Source of the DNA: Deltaproteobacteria bacterium
GTDB taxonomy: Bacteria > Desulfobacterota > Binatia > UBA12015
Reading direction: 5' to 3'
Length of the DNA: 38,777 nucleotides
Assembly: GCA_046583355.1 (NCBI GenBank)
Contig: JAYGCM010000077.1
Span: forward strand, 1 to 38,777
The position numbers were made by a program, and so were the translations under genes. Positions 23,882 through 32,632 of this stretch are shown piece after piece (position 1 is the stretch's first letter; every line of letters begins with the position of its first letter). The notes under the pieces were generated by a model. The model was not told where the DNA came from and searched no databases. It saw nothing but the letters and a program-made list of their open reading frames with translations.

Positions 23882-24301
23882 ATGATGACGAAGGATTGCG
23901 GAGAAGACGACAAGAACGATCTGGTCATTGTCGGCGGCGGACTCGCGGGACTGGCCGCGGCCGTCGCTGCGGCAGGCGCGGGGTTGCGGGTCTCGCTTCT
24001 GGAAAAAGCGGGCACCACCGGAGGGCGGGCGCAGACGCAGAAGCGCGATGGCTTCTGTTTCAACGTCGGCCCGCACGCGCTCTACCGCGGGCTGGCGGGC
24101 ATGCGCGTGTTGCGTTCGTTCGGGATCGAGCCGCGCGGCGGCATTCCCTCGGTCACAGGGGCGTTCGCGATTCACGGGGGCGACAAGCATGCGCTGCCCG
24201 GCGGGCTGCGCTCCCTCCTGGGAACGAGCCTCTTCGGGATCGGTGCCAAACTCGAACTCGCCGTCCAGCACCACCTCCGCCCCAAAACAGCCCCCGCGTG
24301 A
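23882..24301 (+). pseudogene. 3'-truncated FAD-dependent oxidoreductase (phytoene dehydrogenase-like)
   Basis: DLVIVGGGLAGL..LLEK..GGRA.T..GFCFNVGPHALY N-terminal FAD-binding module; only 139 aa, whereas family members are typically >400 aa. Confidence 0.75.
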
Positions 24302-24452
24302 ACACCAGCGGCTTCCGCCGCAGAGCGCGTGTTGCCAGGCGAACTCTCGCCGCGACGCGGATTCTCCTCTTCCTGAGAGGCTCGATGGCGTGGTAGCGTT
24401 GCGAGATTCCGCGTCGCATGATGTCGGACGAACGTTCCACGGGAGGGACCTC

Positions 24453-25523
24453 ATGAACGATTTCTGGAAGACTACGGGGAGCGCGCTCGTCGCCTTGGCG
24501 CTGGCAGCCACACCGGCGGCGGCAGCCGACAAACCGATCGGCGGCAAATTGCTCAAGATCAAAACCGACAAAGGGGCCTCGAAGCATCTGGTCCTCTTCA
24601 AGGCGGTCAAGCAAGCCAATATTACAGGGATCGGCGACCCCACCGGGGGCGCAACGCTGCTCCTGCGGTGGACTTCAGACGCCGTGAGTGGCCGTTCCGA
24701 AGCCATCACGCTGGACCCGACCAAATGGAAGGGACTGGGGAGACCCGCAGGCTCGAAGGGGTGGAAATATCTGGACAAGGATGCCGCCCAGGGCGGCGTG
24801 AAGGTACTCCTCATCAAACCCAACGGGCTGCTCAAAATTCTCGCCAAAGGAGCTGGCTGGGCGTGGGATCTGCCCGGGGCACTCGACGATGCAAGCGTTG
24901 ACCTCTACCTCGGCGGCGACCAATTCTGCGCCGCCTTCGGTCCGGGTAACGGCGATGTGAAAAAGAATACCGCCGCCGGTTTCGTGCTGGTGAAGGACTT
25001 CGCCGCGCCGGGCAGCTGCGAGGCCGCGATCTGCGGCAATGGCATGGTCGAGGGCGCCGAGGATTGCGACGATGGCAACCTCGACGACAATGATGCCTGC
25101 GCCAACGATTGCACCGCGCCGGCCTCGCCACCGACAACGCTCGAGACGCTGCAGGCAAAAATCTTCACGGCAGGATGCGCTACCACGGGCGCCTGTCATA
25201 CCGGCGCGACCCCCGCCATGGGCCTCAACCTCTCTGACGGCATGACTCATGGCGCGACCGTCGATGTGAGCGCGGCTCTCTCGCCCGGCCTCTTCCGGAT
25301 CGACCCGGCAAGCGGGGACGCCAATACCAGCTTCCTCTATATCAAGGTAGCTGCCGGGACTACCGGCGGAAGCTACCCCGGCCTGGTCGGGGGCGCGATG
25401 CCTCCGGGCGGCTTGCTGACGCTCGATTGCCTGGCCGGCCTCGCCGAGTGGATCGAAGCCGGCGCACCCGCCGCGGGCAACGTCGCCGCCGCCGACACCC
25501 TGCTCGGAGGCACCTGTTTTTAG
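24453..25523 (+). CDS. Secreted multidomain protein with Myxococcus-type Cys-rich repeat and C-terminal cytochrome-c-like domain
   Basis: GGAGGG RBS, signal peptide ending AAAA-D, CGNGMVEGAEDCDDGNLDDNDACANDC repeat, IFTAGCATTGACH...SFLYIKV...GAMPPGG...WIEAGAP. Confidence 0.8.
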   Translation: MNDFWKTTGSALVALALAATPAAAADKPIGGKLLKIKTDKGASKHLVLFKAVKQANITGIGDPTGGATLLLRWTSDAVSGRSEAITLDPTKWKGLGRPAGSKGWKYLDKDAAQGGVKVLLIKPNGLLKILAKGAGWAWDLPGALDDASVDLYLGGDQFCAAFGPGNGDVKKNTAAGFVLVKDFAAPGSCEAAICGNGMVEGAEDCDDGNLDDNDACANDCTAPASPPTTLETLQAKIFTAGCATTGACHTGATPAMGLNLSDGMTHGATVDVSAALSPGLFRIDPASGDANTSFLYIKVAAGTTGGSYPGLVGGAMPPGGLLTLDCLAGLAEWIEAGAPAAGNVAAADTLLGGTCF

Positions 25524-25598
25524 ACACCTGCGGAATCTCCAGAACCTGGCTGCCGATACGGCGTTGCTCTTTGCGGCCGGGGCCGTAGACTTGCAGCC

Positions 25599-26261
25599 AT
25601 GATTTTTAGCCGACCGATTCGTGCTGTCCTCTTTGATATGGACGGCATTCTGCTGGATACCGAGCGGATTTATACCGAGGTCACGCAGGAATATGTGGGG
25701 CAATGGGGCAAGACTTTCGATTGGTCGATCAAGGCCAATATGGTGGGGCGGCCCGCAATCGAGGCCGCGACCTACCTGGTCGAGGCGCTGGAGCTTCCGG
25801 TCGCGCCCGAAGATTATCTGAACGACCGCGAGGCGGATCTCCTGGAGCGCATGGGCGATGCCCAACCGATGCCCGGTGCCGAGGAATTGGTGCGCGCGCT
25901 GCAATCGGCCGGCATCCCGATTACCGTCGCCACCAGCTCGAATCGCACCTTCTTCGCCCGCAAAACCGCGCATCATGCGTGGTTTTCGCTCTTTGATGCG
26001 ATCATCACGGGCGACGATGAACGGATCGGTCGGGGCAAGCCGGCGCCCGATATCTTTCTACTCGCGGCCGAAGCCATCGGCGTGCCGGCAGCGGATTGCC
26101 TGGTCGTCGAGGATTCCCCGGCCGGCGTTACCGCCGGCAATGCCGCCGGGGCGCAAACGCTTGCCGTGCCCTTTCCCGGAATGGACCACGCCAAGCTCAG
26201 CGCGGCCGACCGCCTGGTCACCAGTCTGGCGGACGTCTCGCTGCGCGACCTCGGGCTTTAG
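25599..26261 (+). CDS. HAD-IA family phosphatase (pseudouridine-5'-phosphatase/GPP-like)
   Basis: FDMDGILLDTE, ATSS, GKPAPDIF, VEDSPAG. Confidence 0.92.
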   Translation: MIFSRPIRAVLFDMDGILLDTERIYTEVTQEYVGQWGKTFDWSIKANMVGRPAIEAATYLVEALELPVAPEDYLNDREADLLERMGDAQPMPGAEELVRALQSAGIPITVATSSNRTFFARKTAHHAWFSLFDAIITGDDERIGRGKPAPDIFLLAAEAIGVPAADCLVVEDSPAGVTAGNAAGAQTLAVPFPGMDHAKLSAADRLVTSLADVSLRDLGL

Positions 26262-26339
26262 CCGCCACCCCAAGACAAGCCTGCTCACCCGCCGGACCTC
26301 GCAAGAAGGAAGGCAGGAGCGACGCCGGCGCCAGAAAAC

Positions 26340-27446
26340 TCAGCTGGTTTCGAGCGCCCAGCGGCTGGTGTCTTCCGGCAACTCGGGAAGGTTGGTCAGG
26401 AACTCATCAAAGGTGGCGCCGGCCAGATTACGCTTGACGTTAGCAGCCAGCATTTCGTGGAATTGCAATGCGATGCGGTCGCTGAAGAGGCCCAGGCGTT
26501 TCAGGGTCGGAATGATGAAGCCCTGGACCGGGCCATAGCGGCGCGCAGCGGGGTCTTCCTTGGCGGGCGCTCCCTCGCCGAACTCGGCCTGGGTACAATC
26601 GAGGAGTGCGGCGACATCCATACCGGCGCTCTCCCAGAGTCCGAAGACCTCGGTGGCAAAGGTCGCGTTGATGCGCCGATCGATCAGCGTCGTGGCGCAT
26701 TCGAGCGCGAAATCTTCTAGCTCTTCGCGGCGCTCTTGTGAGAGCAGCGGCACGGCCTTGGAGACATAATGCACACCATAGGCATGGTGGCGTGCTTCAT
26801 CGCGCGTCACATAGGTGAGCAGGCTTTTGAGCAGCGGCTCCTGGGTCTGGTTGCGCATATCTTTGAAGCTGTAGAGCGCCAGGCCCTCGACGACGATCTG
26901 CATGCCGATGAGCTTCTTCAGCCAATCGCCCGTCTCCAATGTCGTATCCAGAATCGTCTTCAAAGCCCCGGCGATCGGCTGCACATCGCCAAGCTTCTTC
27001 AGGTAGCGGGCAAAAACCTCGACGTGGCGGGCCTCGTCCATGGTCTGCGTAGCGGCGTAGAATTTGGCGTCGGTATGCGGGACGCAAGTCACCAATTGCG
27101 CCGCGACCATCAATGCGCCCTGCTCGCCGTGGAGGAAATTGCTGAGTCGGAAAGCCGCCGTGCGGCGCAGGACTTCCCAACGCAGGTCTTCGCTCTGGGC
27201 CTTCCAATACGAGGTCTGCTCGACCGGAATGCCCAAGGCGAGAGGAGTCGTCGCGAAGAGCGCGTGGTCGATTTCCTGATCCCAATCGAGATCACGTTCG
27301 GCGATCCATTGCTGCTCGGTCGCCTTCACGTAGAGGCGACGCAACTCCTCGACCGCGGGATCGTAATTCCATTGGTAGATGACTTCCGTCGCGGTTTTGA
27401 AGCCCAGCTCTTCGGTATCGGTGGTGAGTGTGAAATCCTTCATCAT
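26340..27446 (-). CDS. Ferritin-like diiron protein (AurF/N-oxygenase-like)
   Basis: FLHGEQGAL, two DEARH motifs, VVEGLAL. Confidence 0.88.
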   Translation of the reverse strand: MMKDFTLTTDTEELGFKTATEVIYQWNYDPAVEELRRLYVKATEQQWIAERDLDWDQEIDHALFATTPLALGIPVEQTSYWKAQSEDLRWEVLRRTAAFRLSNFLHGEQGALMVAAQLVTCVPHTDAKFYAATQTMDEARHVEVFARYLKKLGDVQPIAGALKTILDTTLETGDWLKKLIGMQIVVEGLALYSFKDMRNQTQEPLLKSLLTYVTRDEARHHAYGVHYVSKAVPLLSQERREELEDFALECATTLIDRRINATFATEVFGLWESAGMDVAALLDCTQAEFGEGAPAKEDPAARRYGPVQGFIIPTLKRLGLFSDRIALQFHEMLAANVKRNLAGATFDEFLTNLPELPEDTSRWALETS

Positions 27447-28246
27447 GCTTTCTCCGATCGTCTTCGCAGAACTTCGCCAAGCAAAGTAGGCCTATCCGTC
27501 ATCAGGCCGTCAACCCCGAGGTCGAGCAAGCGGTCCATTTCGGCCTCTACATCGACCGTCCATACGTGCACCTCGATGCCCCGCCCATGCGCCGCCTCGA
27601 CAAGCTCGGGCGTCACCAGCGGGCTACCAAGAAATTCGGCCGGGATCTGCAAGGCAAACCCGACCGGCTCGTAGGAGTCGACCTCGCCCGCCTCAATCAC
27701 CTGGAGAAACGCAATTATGTCCTCGGTCGCGAAGCCCAGGAAAAAATCTTTGCCAGCAACCTCACGACGGATCGGCTCCATCAGAGACGCCTTCTCGGCG
27801 GCGACGAGACTGCGCGCCGTGGCATCGTTTGCCGCCAGAACATCGAGAACGGCGCGGATGATATTCGGCTCGGCCTGCTTGATCTCCATATTGATCGCCG
27901 TATCCGGGAATTCCCGACAGACCTCCGCCAAGGTCGGAATACGCACGCCTTGGCCGCGAAACGACGCGCGCCCCTCTTCGTCAAGAAATGTATATCCGGC
28001 ATCGAGTGCCTGTAGCTCAGCCAGCGTATGGCGGCGTACTTCGCCACTACCGTTGGTCGTGCGCTCCAGGGTCGGGTCGTGCATGACGACGATCTCGCCA
28101 TCTGCGCTCGCATGGACATCGAGCTCCAGATAATCGGCACCGGCGGCAATCCCGTTGCGGAAAGCCTCCAGGGTATTCTCCGGCGCCTCCAAGGCACCAC
28201 CCCGATGGGCAAAAAAGCGCGGCTTGCGGCCCTGATCAAAACGCAT
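27443..28246 (-). CDS. Glycerophosphodiester phosphodiesterase
   Basis: FAHRGG..APENTLEAF, ELDV, HD.TL.RTT, NMEIK, HVWTV, GLMTDRP; GAGGAG RBS before ATG 28246. Confidence 0.92.
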   Translation of the reverse strand: MRFDQGRKPRFFAHRGGALEAPENTLEAFRNGIAAGADYLELDVHASADGEIVVMHDPTLERTTNGSGEVRRHTLAELQALDAGYTFLDEEGRASFRGQGVRIPTLAEVCREFPDTAINMEIKQAEPNIIRAVLDVLAANDATARSLVAAEKASLMEPIRREVAGKDFFLGFATEDIIAFLQVIEAGEVDSYEPVGFALQIPAEFLGSPLVTPELVEAAHGRGIEVHVWTVDVEAEMDRLLDLGVDGLMTDRPTLLGEVLRRRSEKA

Positions 28247-28355
28247 GCTCCTCAGCAAGATCTCCACGCGGCCCATGTCAACCCGCAGCGGCAGAGGCCG
28301 GCCCCCCGGCGACGCGGATGGCCCTGCCTTTTCGGCCGGGCCTCGCACCACCAGA

Positions 28356-29054
28356 TCAGCGGAGTTCGGCGTAGAGGGCGAAAAGTTCCCGGAAGGCGTG
28401 CAGAATCACGCGCAAATTCCCGCCCGAGGAAACGCCGGCCTCGCGCGGCAGATGCGGCACCGGCATCTCGGTGACAAGCGCGCCGCGTGCCACCAGGCGC
28501 GCCAGCAATTCGGCCGAGAACATTGCCCCGCTTGCCTTGATCGCAAGCCCGCTCAGGGCTTCGCGACGAAAGAGCTTGAAGGCGCAATCGATATCGCGCA
28601 CCGGCACATTCAGGAGGCGTCGGATGAGAAAATTCCATGCATGCGCGTTGAGAATGCGCACGGCATTGTCCTGGCGCCCAACGCGGTAGCCCACGACCAC
28701 CTCGAAGGCGGCGATCTCCGGCACGAAGGCGGCCAGACAGCGGATATCGAATTGTCGGTCCCCGTCAGTGAAAAATGCGTATTCCATCGTGCCCGCCTGC
28801 AGCCCGGTCCAGACCGCAGCACCGTAGCCGCGGTTGGTCGCGTGGCGGATCACGCGAATGCGCGGATCTTCGGCCGCAAGCGCGGTGGCAATCTCGAAGG
28901 TCCGGTCCGTCGAGCCATCGTCGACCACAATAATCTCGAAGCGCTCCGCGATCTCCGGCAGCTGCACCAACATATCGCGCACCATCGCCTCGACGTTGCC
29001 CTCTTCGTTATGCGCAGGGAAAGACGCCGAGAGTGCAGGCAGGCGCTGGCTCAT
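28356..29054 (-). CDS. Glycosyltransferase family 2 (polyprenol-phosphate sugar synthase, DPM1-like)
   Basis: FPAHNEEGNV, IVVDDGSTDRT, NRGYGAA, FTDGDRQFD, DIDCAFKLFRR. Confidence 0.92.
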   Translation of the reverse strand: MSQRLPALSASFPAHNEEGNVEAMVRDMLVQLPEIAERFEIIVVDDGSTDRTFEIATALAAEDPRIRVIRHATNRGYGAAVWTGLQAGTMEYAFFTDGDRQFDIRCLAAFVPEIAAFEVVVGYRVGRQDNAVRILNAHAWNFLIRRLLNVPVRDIDCAFKLFRREALSGLAIKASGAMFSAELLARLVARGALVTEMPVPHLPREAGVSSGGNLRVILHAFRELFALYAELR

Positions 29055-29098
29055 CGGATGGACCCTTCGCAGACGAGAGGGTAGGCCAATCGACGAAG

Positions 29099-30295
29099 AT
29101 GTCCGCCCAGAATGCCGCCACAAAAGAGGCCTCGCGCGACCGGCCGGATGCCGCGCTGTTGCTGGTACTCGCGTTCGCAACCTATTGGCTGACGAATGAC
29201 GGCGGCTTCATGGTCTTCAACTATCATCTTCATCTCGCCGTCGCGTTCCTTGAGGGACGCACTTGGATCTCCAACCCTCCTTCTTGGCTGACGGAGTTCG
29301 CATGGGCAAATGACCGCGCCTATATCTACTACGACCCCTTCCCTGCGGTGTTCCTGATGCCATTGGCCCGCTGGGGCGGACTCGATATCAATCTGGCGCG
29401 CGTTTCGCTTGCGCTTGGGGCCATCAACATCGCGCTACTGCGGCTGCTGCTCGGACAGATCGGCGTGCGCCGCAGCACCGCCAACGCCACCGCCCTGCTC
29501 TTTGCCTTCGGCACGGTCCATTTCTATGCGGCCGAATATGGCAACACCTGGCTCTTCGCCCACCTGCTGGCCAACGGCGCATTGACGCTCGCGTTTCTCG
29601 AAGCGACCGGGCGGAAGAACGCATTTCTGACGGGATTGCTCTGCACCTTCGCGGCGACCAGCCGCTCGCCCACGCTGCTGGCCGCACCCATCTTTCTCTT
29701 CCTGCTCTGGCGCCACCGCCCGCAATTTCGCACGCTCTTCGAGTTCGGCCTGCCCTTCGTGGTGGCCGCGCTTCTGCTGGCGATCTACAATTTCGCGCGT
29801 TTCGGCGATGTTCTCGACAACGGCTATCTCAGCGCCAACCAGGCGCTCTTCCTCCCCGAGCATGGATCATTTCATTGGCGCTATATCGGCAAGAACTTGC
29901 AGCATTATTTTCTTCTGCTGCCCTCGCTGCAACGGGAATGGCCGTTTCTCGTCACGACCGACCACGGCCTTGGCCTGGTGGCGACGACACCCGCCGTACT
30001 ACTACTGCTGCGCCAGCGCTGGAGTGAGACGGCACCGGATGCGGCGCTTCTGGGCCGCCTCTCACTGGCGGGCATGGGCCTGATTTTCGGGCTCTATCTC
30101 TTCTATTTCTGGGATGGCTGGCGGCAATTCGGTAGCCGCTACACGCTCGACTTCTCGCCCTTCCTGATGGTCGCCCTGGCGCTGAAGAACGATCCGCGCA
30201 CAGGAATGTGGCGTTGGCCCTTCCCCCTCTTGATCGGCCTGAGCATCGCGATCAACGGCTGGGGGATCTGGTATTGGAAATCGTTCCTGAGCTGA
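29099..30295 (+). CDS. Multi-pass membrane protein, probable GT-C glycosyltransferase
   Basis: About 10 hydrophobic segments, YNFARFG..LDNGY and QFGSRYTLD motifs; divergent from the GT2 gene. Confidence 0.7.
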   Translation: MSAQNAATKEASRDRPDAALLLVLAFATYWLTNDGGFMVFNYHLHLAVAFLEGRTWISNPPSWLTEFAWANDRAYIYYDPFPAVFLMPLARWGGLDINLARVSLALGAINIALLRLLLGQIGVRRSTANATALLFAFGTVHFYAAEYGNTWLFAHLLANGALTLAFLEATGRKNAFLTGLLCTFAATSRSPTLLAAPIFLFLLWRHRPQFRTLFEFGLPFVVAALLLAIYNFARFGDVLDNGYLSANQALFLPEHGSFHWRYIGKNLQHYFLLLPSLQREWPFLVTTDHGLGLVATTPAVLLLLRQRWSETAPDAALLGRLSLAGMGLIFGLYLFYFWDGWRQFGSRYTLDFSPFLMVALALKNDPRTGMWRWPFPLLIGLSIAINGWGIWYWKSFLS

Positions 30296-30307
30296 GCGCC
30301 GCTCGAC

Positions 30308-31189
30308 TCAGCCCTGCAACTCGGGATCGATCAAATCGGAGAAGGCCTCCAGCGGTTGTGCGCCAGAGAGTTTGCGGCCGTTCACAAAGAAGGTCGGCGT
30401 CGAGTTCACGCCGAGGGCTTCGGCCTCGGCCAGAGTCGCTTCGACCTGGTCGCGCGTCTCGCCGGACGCGAAGCAATCGGCCACCGCGGTATCATCGCCA
30501 CCGGCGTCTGACGCAAGGGCGAGCAAGGCCTGGTCAGAAGCGTCGCCGCTGGGCGGCAGGGAGGCCTGCTGGGCGAAGACCTCCTCATGGTACTTCCAAT
30601 AGGCCTCATTGCCGCTCAGGCGAAAGAGGCAGATGCCGATCTCAGAGGCGGGCTGTGCCCAGGGATGAATCGATACCAGCGGCATTTGTTTGTAGACGAA
30701 GCGCACCTGGTCGCCGTATTTCGGCAGCACATCGTTCTTCATGATCTCTTCGGCACGCGAGCAGAAGGGGCATTGAAAATCGGAGTATTCGACGATCGTC
30801 ACCACGGCATCGTCCGGGCCAAGCGCCGGATCCGAGCCATCGAGCGTAATGCCCTCGAGGACAGCGGCCACCGGGTCCAGGGTCAGATCAATCGGGTCCG
30901 AAATGAAGAGCCAACGGCCGTCGGCCGTGACGTGGAAAGGAATGCGCTGCGATTGGCCGTCCTTGGCCAGCGTGAGGTCGCCCTGATGGAGGCCGGTATC
31001 CTCAAAAGGTGCAAAGGCCGTCACCGTCACCTCGACATCGGCCGGAATCTGGCCCCCGCCAATGAAATAGCGCTTCGCCAACTCGGCCAAAGCGGCCTCG
31101 TCTGGCGCCTCCGGTGCCGCCGGCGGCGGCGGGGCCTGGGTGCAGGAAACCAGAAGGACGGTGATGGCGGCGAGTACGAATATCTTCAT
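30308..31189 (-). CDS. DsbA-family thioredoxin-fold lipoprotein
   Basis: Lipobox LVS-C, VEYSDFQCPFC, MPL..IHPWA, GVNSTPTFFVNG; GAGGAG RBS. Confidence 0.92.
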   Translation of the reverse strand: MKIFVLAAITVLLVSCTQAPPPPAAPEAPDEAALAELAKRYFIGGGQIPADVEVTVTAFAPFEDTGLHQGDLTLAKDGQSQRIPFHVTADGRWLFISDPIDLTLDPVAAVLEGITLDGSDPALGPDDAVVTIVEYSDFQCPFCSRAEEIMKNDVLPKYGDQVRFVYKQMPLVSIHPWAQPASEIGICLFRLSGNEAYWKYHEEVFAQQASLPPSGDASDQALLALASDAGGDDTAVADCFASGETRDQVEATLAEAEALGVNSTPTFFVNGRKLSGAQPLEAFSDLIDPELQG

Positions 31190-31345
31190 TGCATGACTCC
31201 TCGGGCCGAAAGGCCCGCTGGGGACTAGAGGTCCCAATCTCGCGGTTTCGATGGCGCGGCGCAAATCCGCGCGCCCTAGGGCGCCACGGGCCGCAAAGTT
31301 CGGGCAAGATGGGCAGGCCAGACTCCTTCGGTTAAACCGAAAGCG

Positions 31346-32245
31346 ATGGAGGCGCGTGGCGATAGTTTCGAGTTCGATCATACGATCTCGCACGGCGACG
31401 TCGATTTCGTCGGCGAGTTGAAGGTGGCCGCCCTTTTGGGGCTCCTGGAACAGGCCGCCATCGAAGCTTCCGCCCAACTCGGCTTCGACACGGATTGGTA
31501 TGGCGAGCAGGGTGGCTATTGGATCGTGCGCCGGACGCGGCTGGTCCGCCACGTAGCTCTGGGCGGCCATGATCGTGTCCGTGTGCGCACCTGGGTCGAT
31601 GATTTTCGCCGCGCCCGCTCGCTGCGGCGCTACGAAATAGGCATCGTTGGGCAAACCGAGCCGGCCATCACCGCCTCGACCGATTGGGTCTTCTGTGATG
31701 CGGCCAGCGGTAGACCACGGCGCGTCCCCAAGGAAATGGAGACGGCTTTCGCCGGTGCAGCCGGCAGCCTGCCGGCCCTGCCCCGCGCCGCGCCCCTCCC
31801 TCTATCGAATGCCGCCGCCATGAAAACCATGACGCGACGCGTATGCGCATCGCATCTCGACCACGTGGCACATGTGAATAATGGGGTCTGGGCCAGCTTC
31901 CTGGAAGACGGCGCCGAGGCCCTGCTCGCCGGCCACGGCTGGAGCGTCCCCGAAATGCTCGCCCACGGCGGAGCTTTTCGCCTGCAAGGGCTGGATCTCG
32001 AATACCTCGCCCAAGGCCTACCGGGCGATACTCTCGCCGTGCACAGCGCCTTTGCGGACGCGCCGCCGCCGAGAGCGGGAAATGGCGCCGAGCGCACGAG
32101 CTTCGATCTGCACCAATCGGTCGAAAAGCCTGATGCCACAACGGCTATGCGCGCCACCAGCCATTGGCAATGGCTCCAGCGTGCCGACGTTCTTGGCCGC
32201 CCGCCGACCCGCCCAAAGCGGCGCAGCTCGGCCCGCGCAACTTAG
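31346..32245 (+). CDS. Acyl-ACP/acyl-CoA thioesterase (double hot-dog fold)
   Basis: DVD..GE.K..ALLGLLEQAA, WIVRR, STDWVF, HLDHVAHVNNG. Confidence 0.85.
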   Translation: MEARGDSFEFDHTISHGDVDFVGELKVAALLGLLEQAAIEASAQLGFDTDWYGEQGGYWIVRRTRLVRHVALGGHDRVRVRTWVDDFRRARSLRRYEIGIVGQTEPAITASTDWVFCDAASGRPRRVPKEMETAFAGAAGSLPALPRAAPLPLSNAAAMKTMTRRVCASHLDHVAHVNNGVWASFLEDGAEALLAGHGWSVPEMLAHGGAFRLQGLDLEYLAQGLPGDTLAVHSAFADAPPPRAGNGAERTSFDLHQSVEKPDATTAMRATSHWQWLQRADVLGRPPTRPKRRSSARAT

Positions 32246-32249
32246 GGGC

Positions 32250-32495
32250 TCAGCTTGGATGAAGTGATGCGCGGTGGCGACGACGTAGCGCGGCGGCCAA
32301 GTCCTCCACCGACTGACGCGCCTCGGCGGCACGATTGAGCGAACTCAGCTCCGGACGCGTGGCTGGTGCGCCCTCGGTGCCACAGGTGCGGCGCAGAACC
32401 TCAACAATGAAGCGGTCGCGAGAGAGGCCGCGCGACTTGGCCTTCGCGTCCATCAGCTGAAGCAGTTCAGCCGGAATATCGATCGACGCGGGCAC
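32250..32495 (-). CDS. Small ribbon-helix-helix (CopG-like) protein
   Basis: SIDIPAELLQLMDAKAKSRGLSRDRFIVEVLR fits the RHH pattern; probable GTG start at 32495. Confidence 0.6.
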   Translation of the reverse strand: MPASIDIPAELLQLMDAKAKSRGLSRDRFIVEVLRRTCGTEGAPATRPELSSLNRAAEARQSVEDLAAALRRRHRASLHPS

Positions 32496-32632
32496 TGCCG
32501 ACCTTAAACCGCATTCCGCAGCGAAAGTCAGCCGCTGCACGAAAAAAAAGTAGCCTTCGACCGTTTTTCCTGCACCTGCCGGGAGCCGGGCCGGGATGCG
32601 CCGAGGGTAGCCATATCCTAAGGTTCTACTTT

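Noticed and set aside
23928..24452. N-terminal extension of the 531-aa ORF
   Set aside because: Off-frame overlap with the flavoprotein fragment. The signal peptide and RBS place the start at 24453.
23735..24847. N-terminal 371 aa of the 936-aa minus-strand ORF as a giant fusion protein
   Set aside because: It is antisense to the FAD oxidoreductase fragment and the secreted protein. Glycosyltransferase-like sequence begins only at Met 23734, which has its own RBS.
31190..31654. N-terminal extension of the 448-aa DsbA ORF
   Set aside because: Overlaps the thioesterase on the opposite strand. The lipoprotein signal and RBS define the start at 31189.
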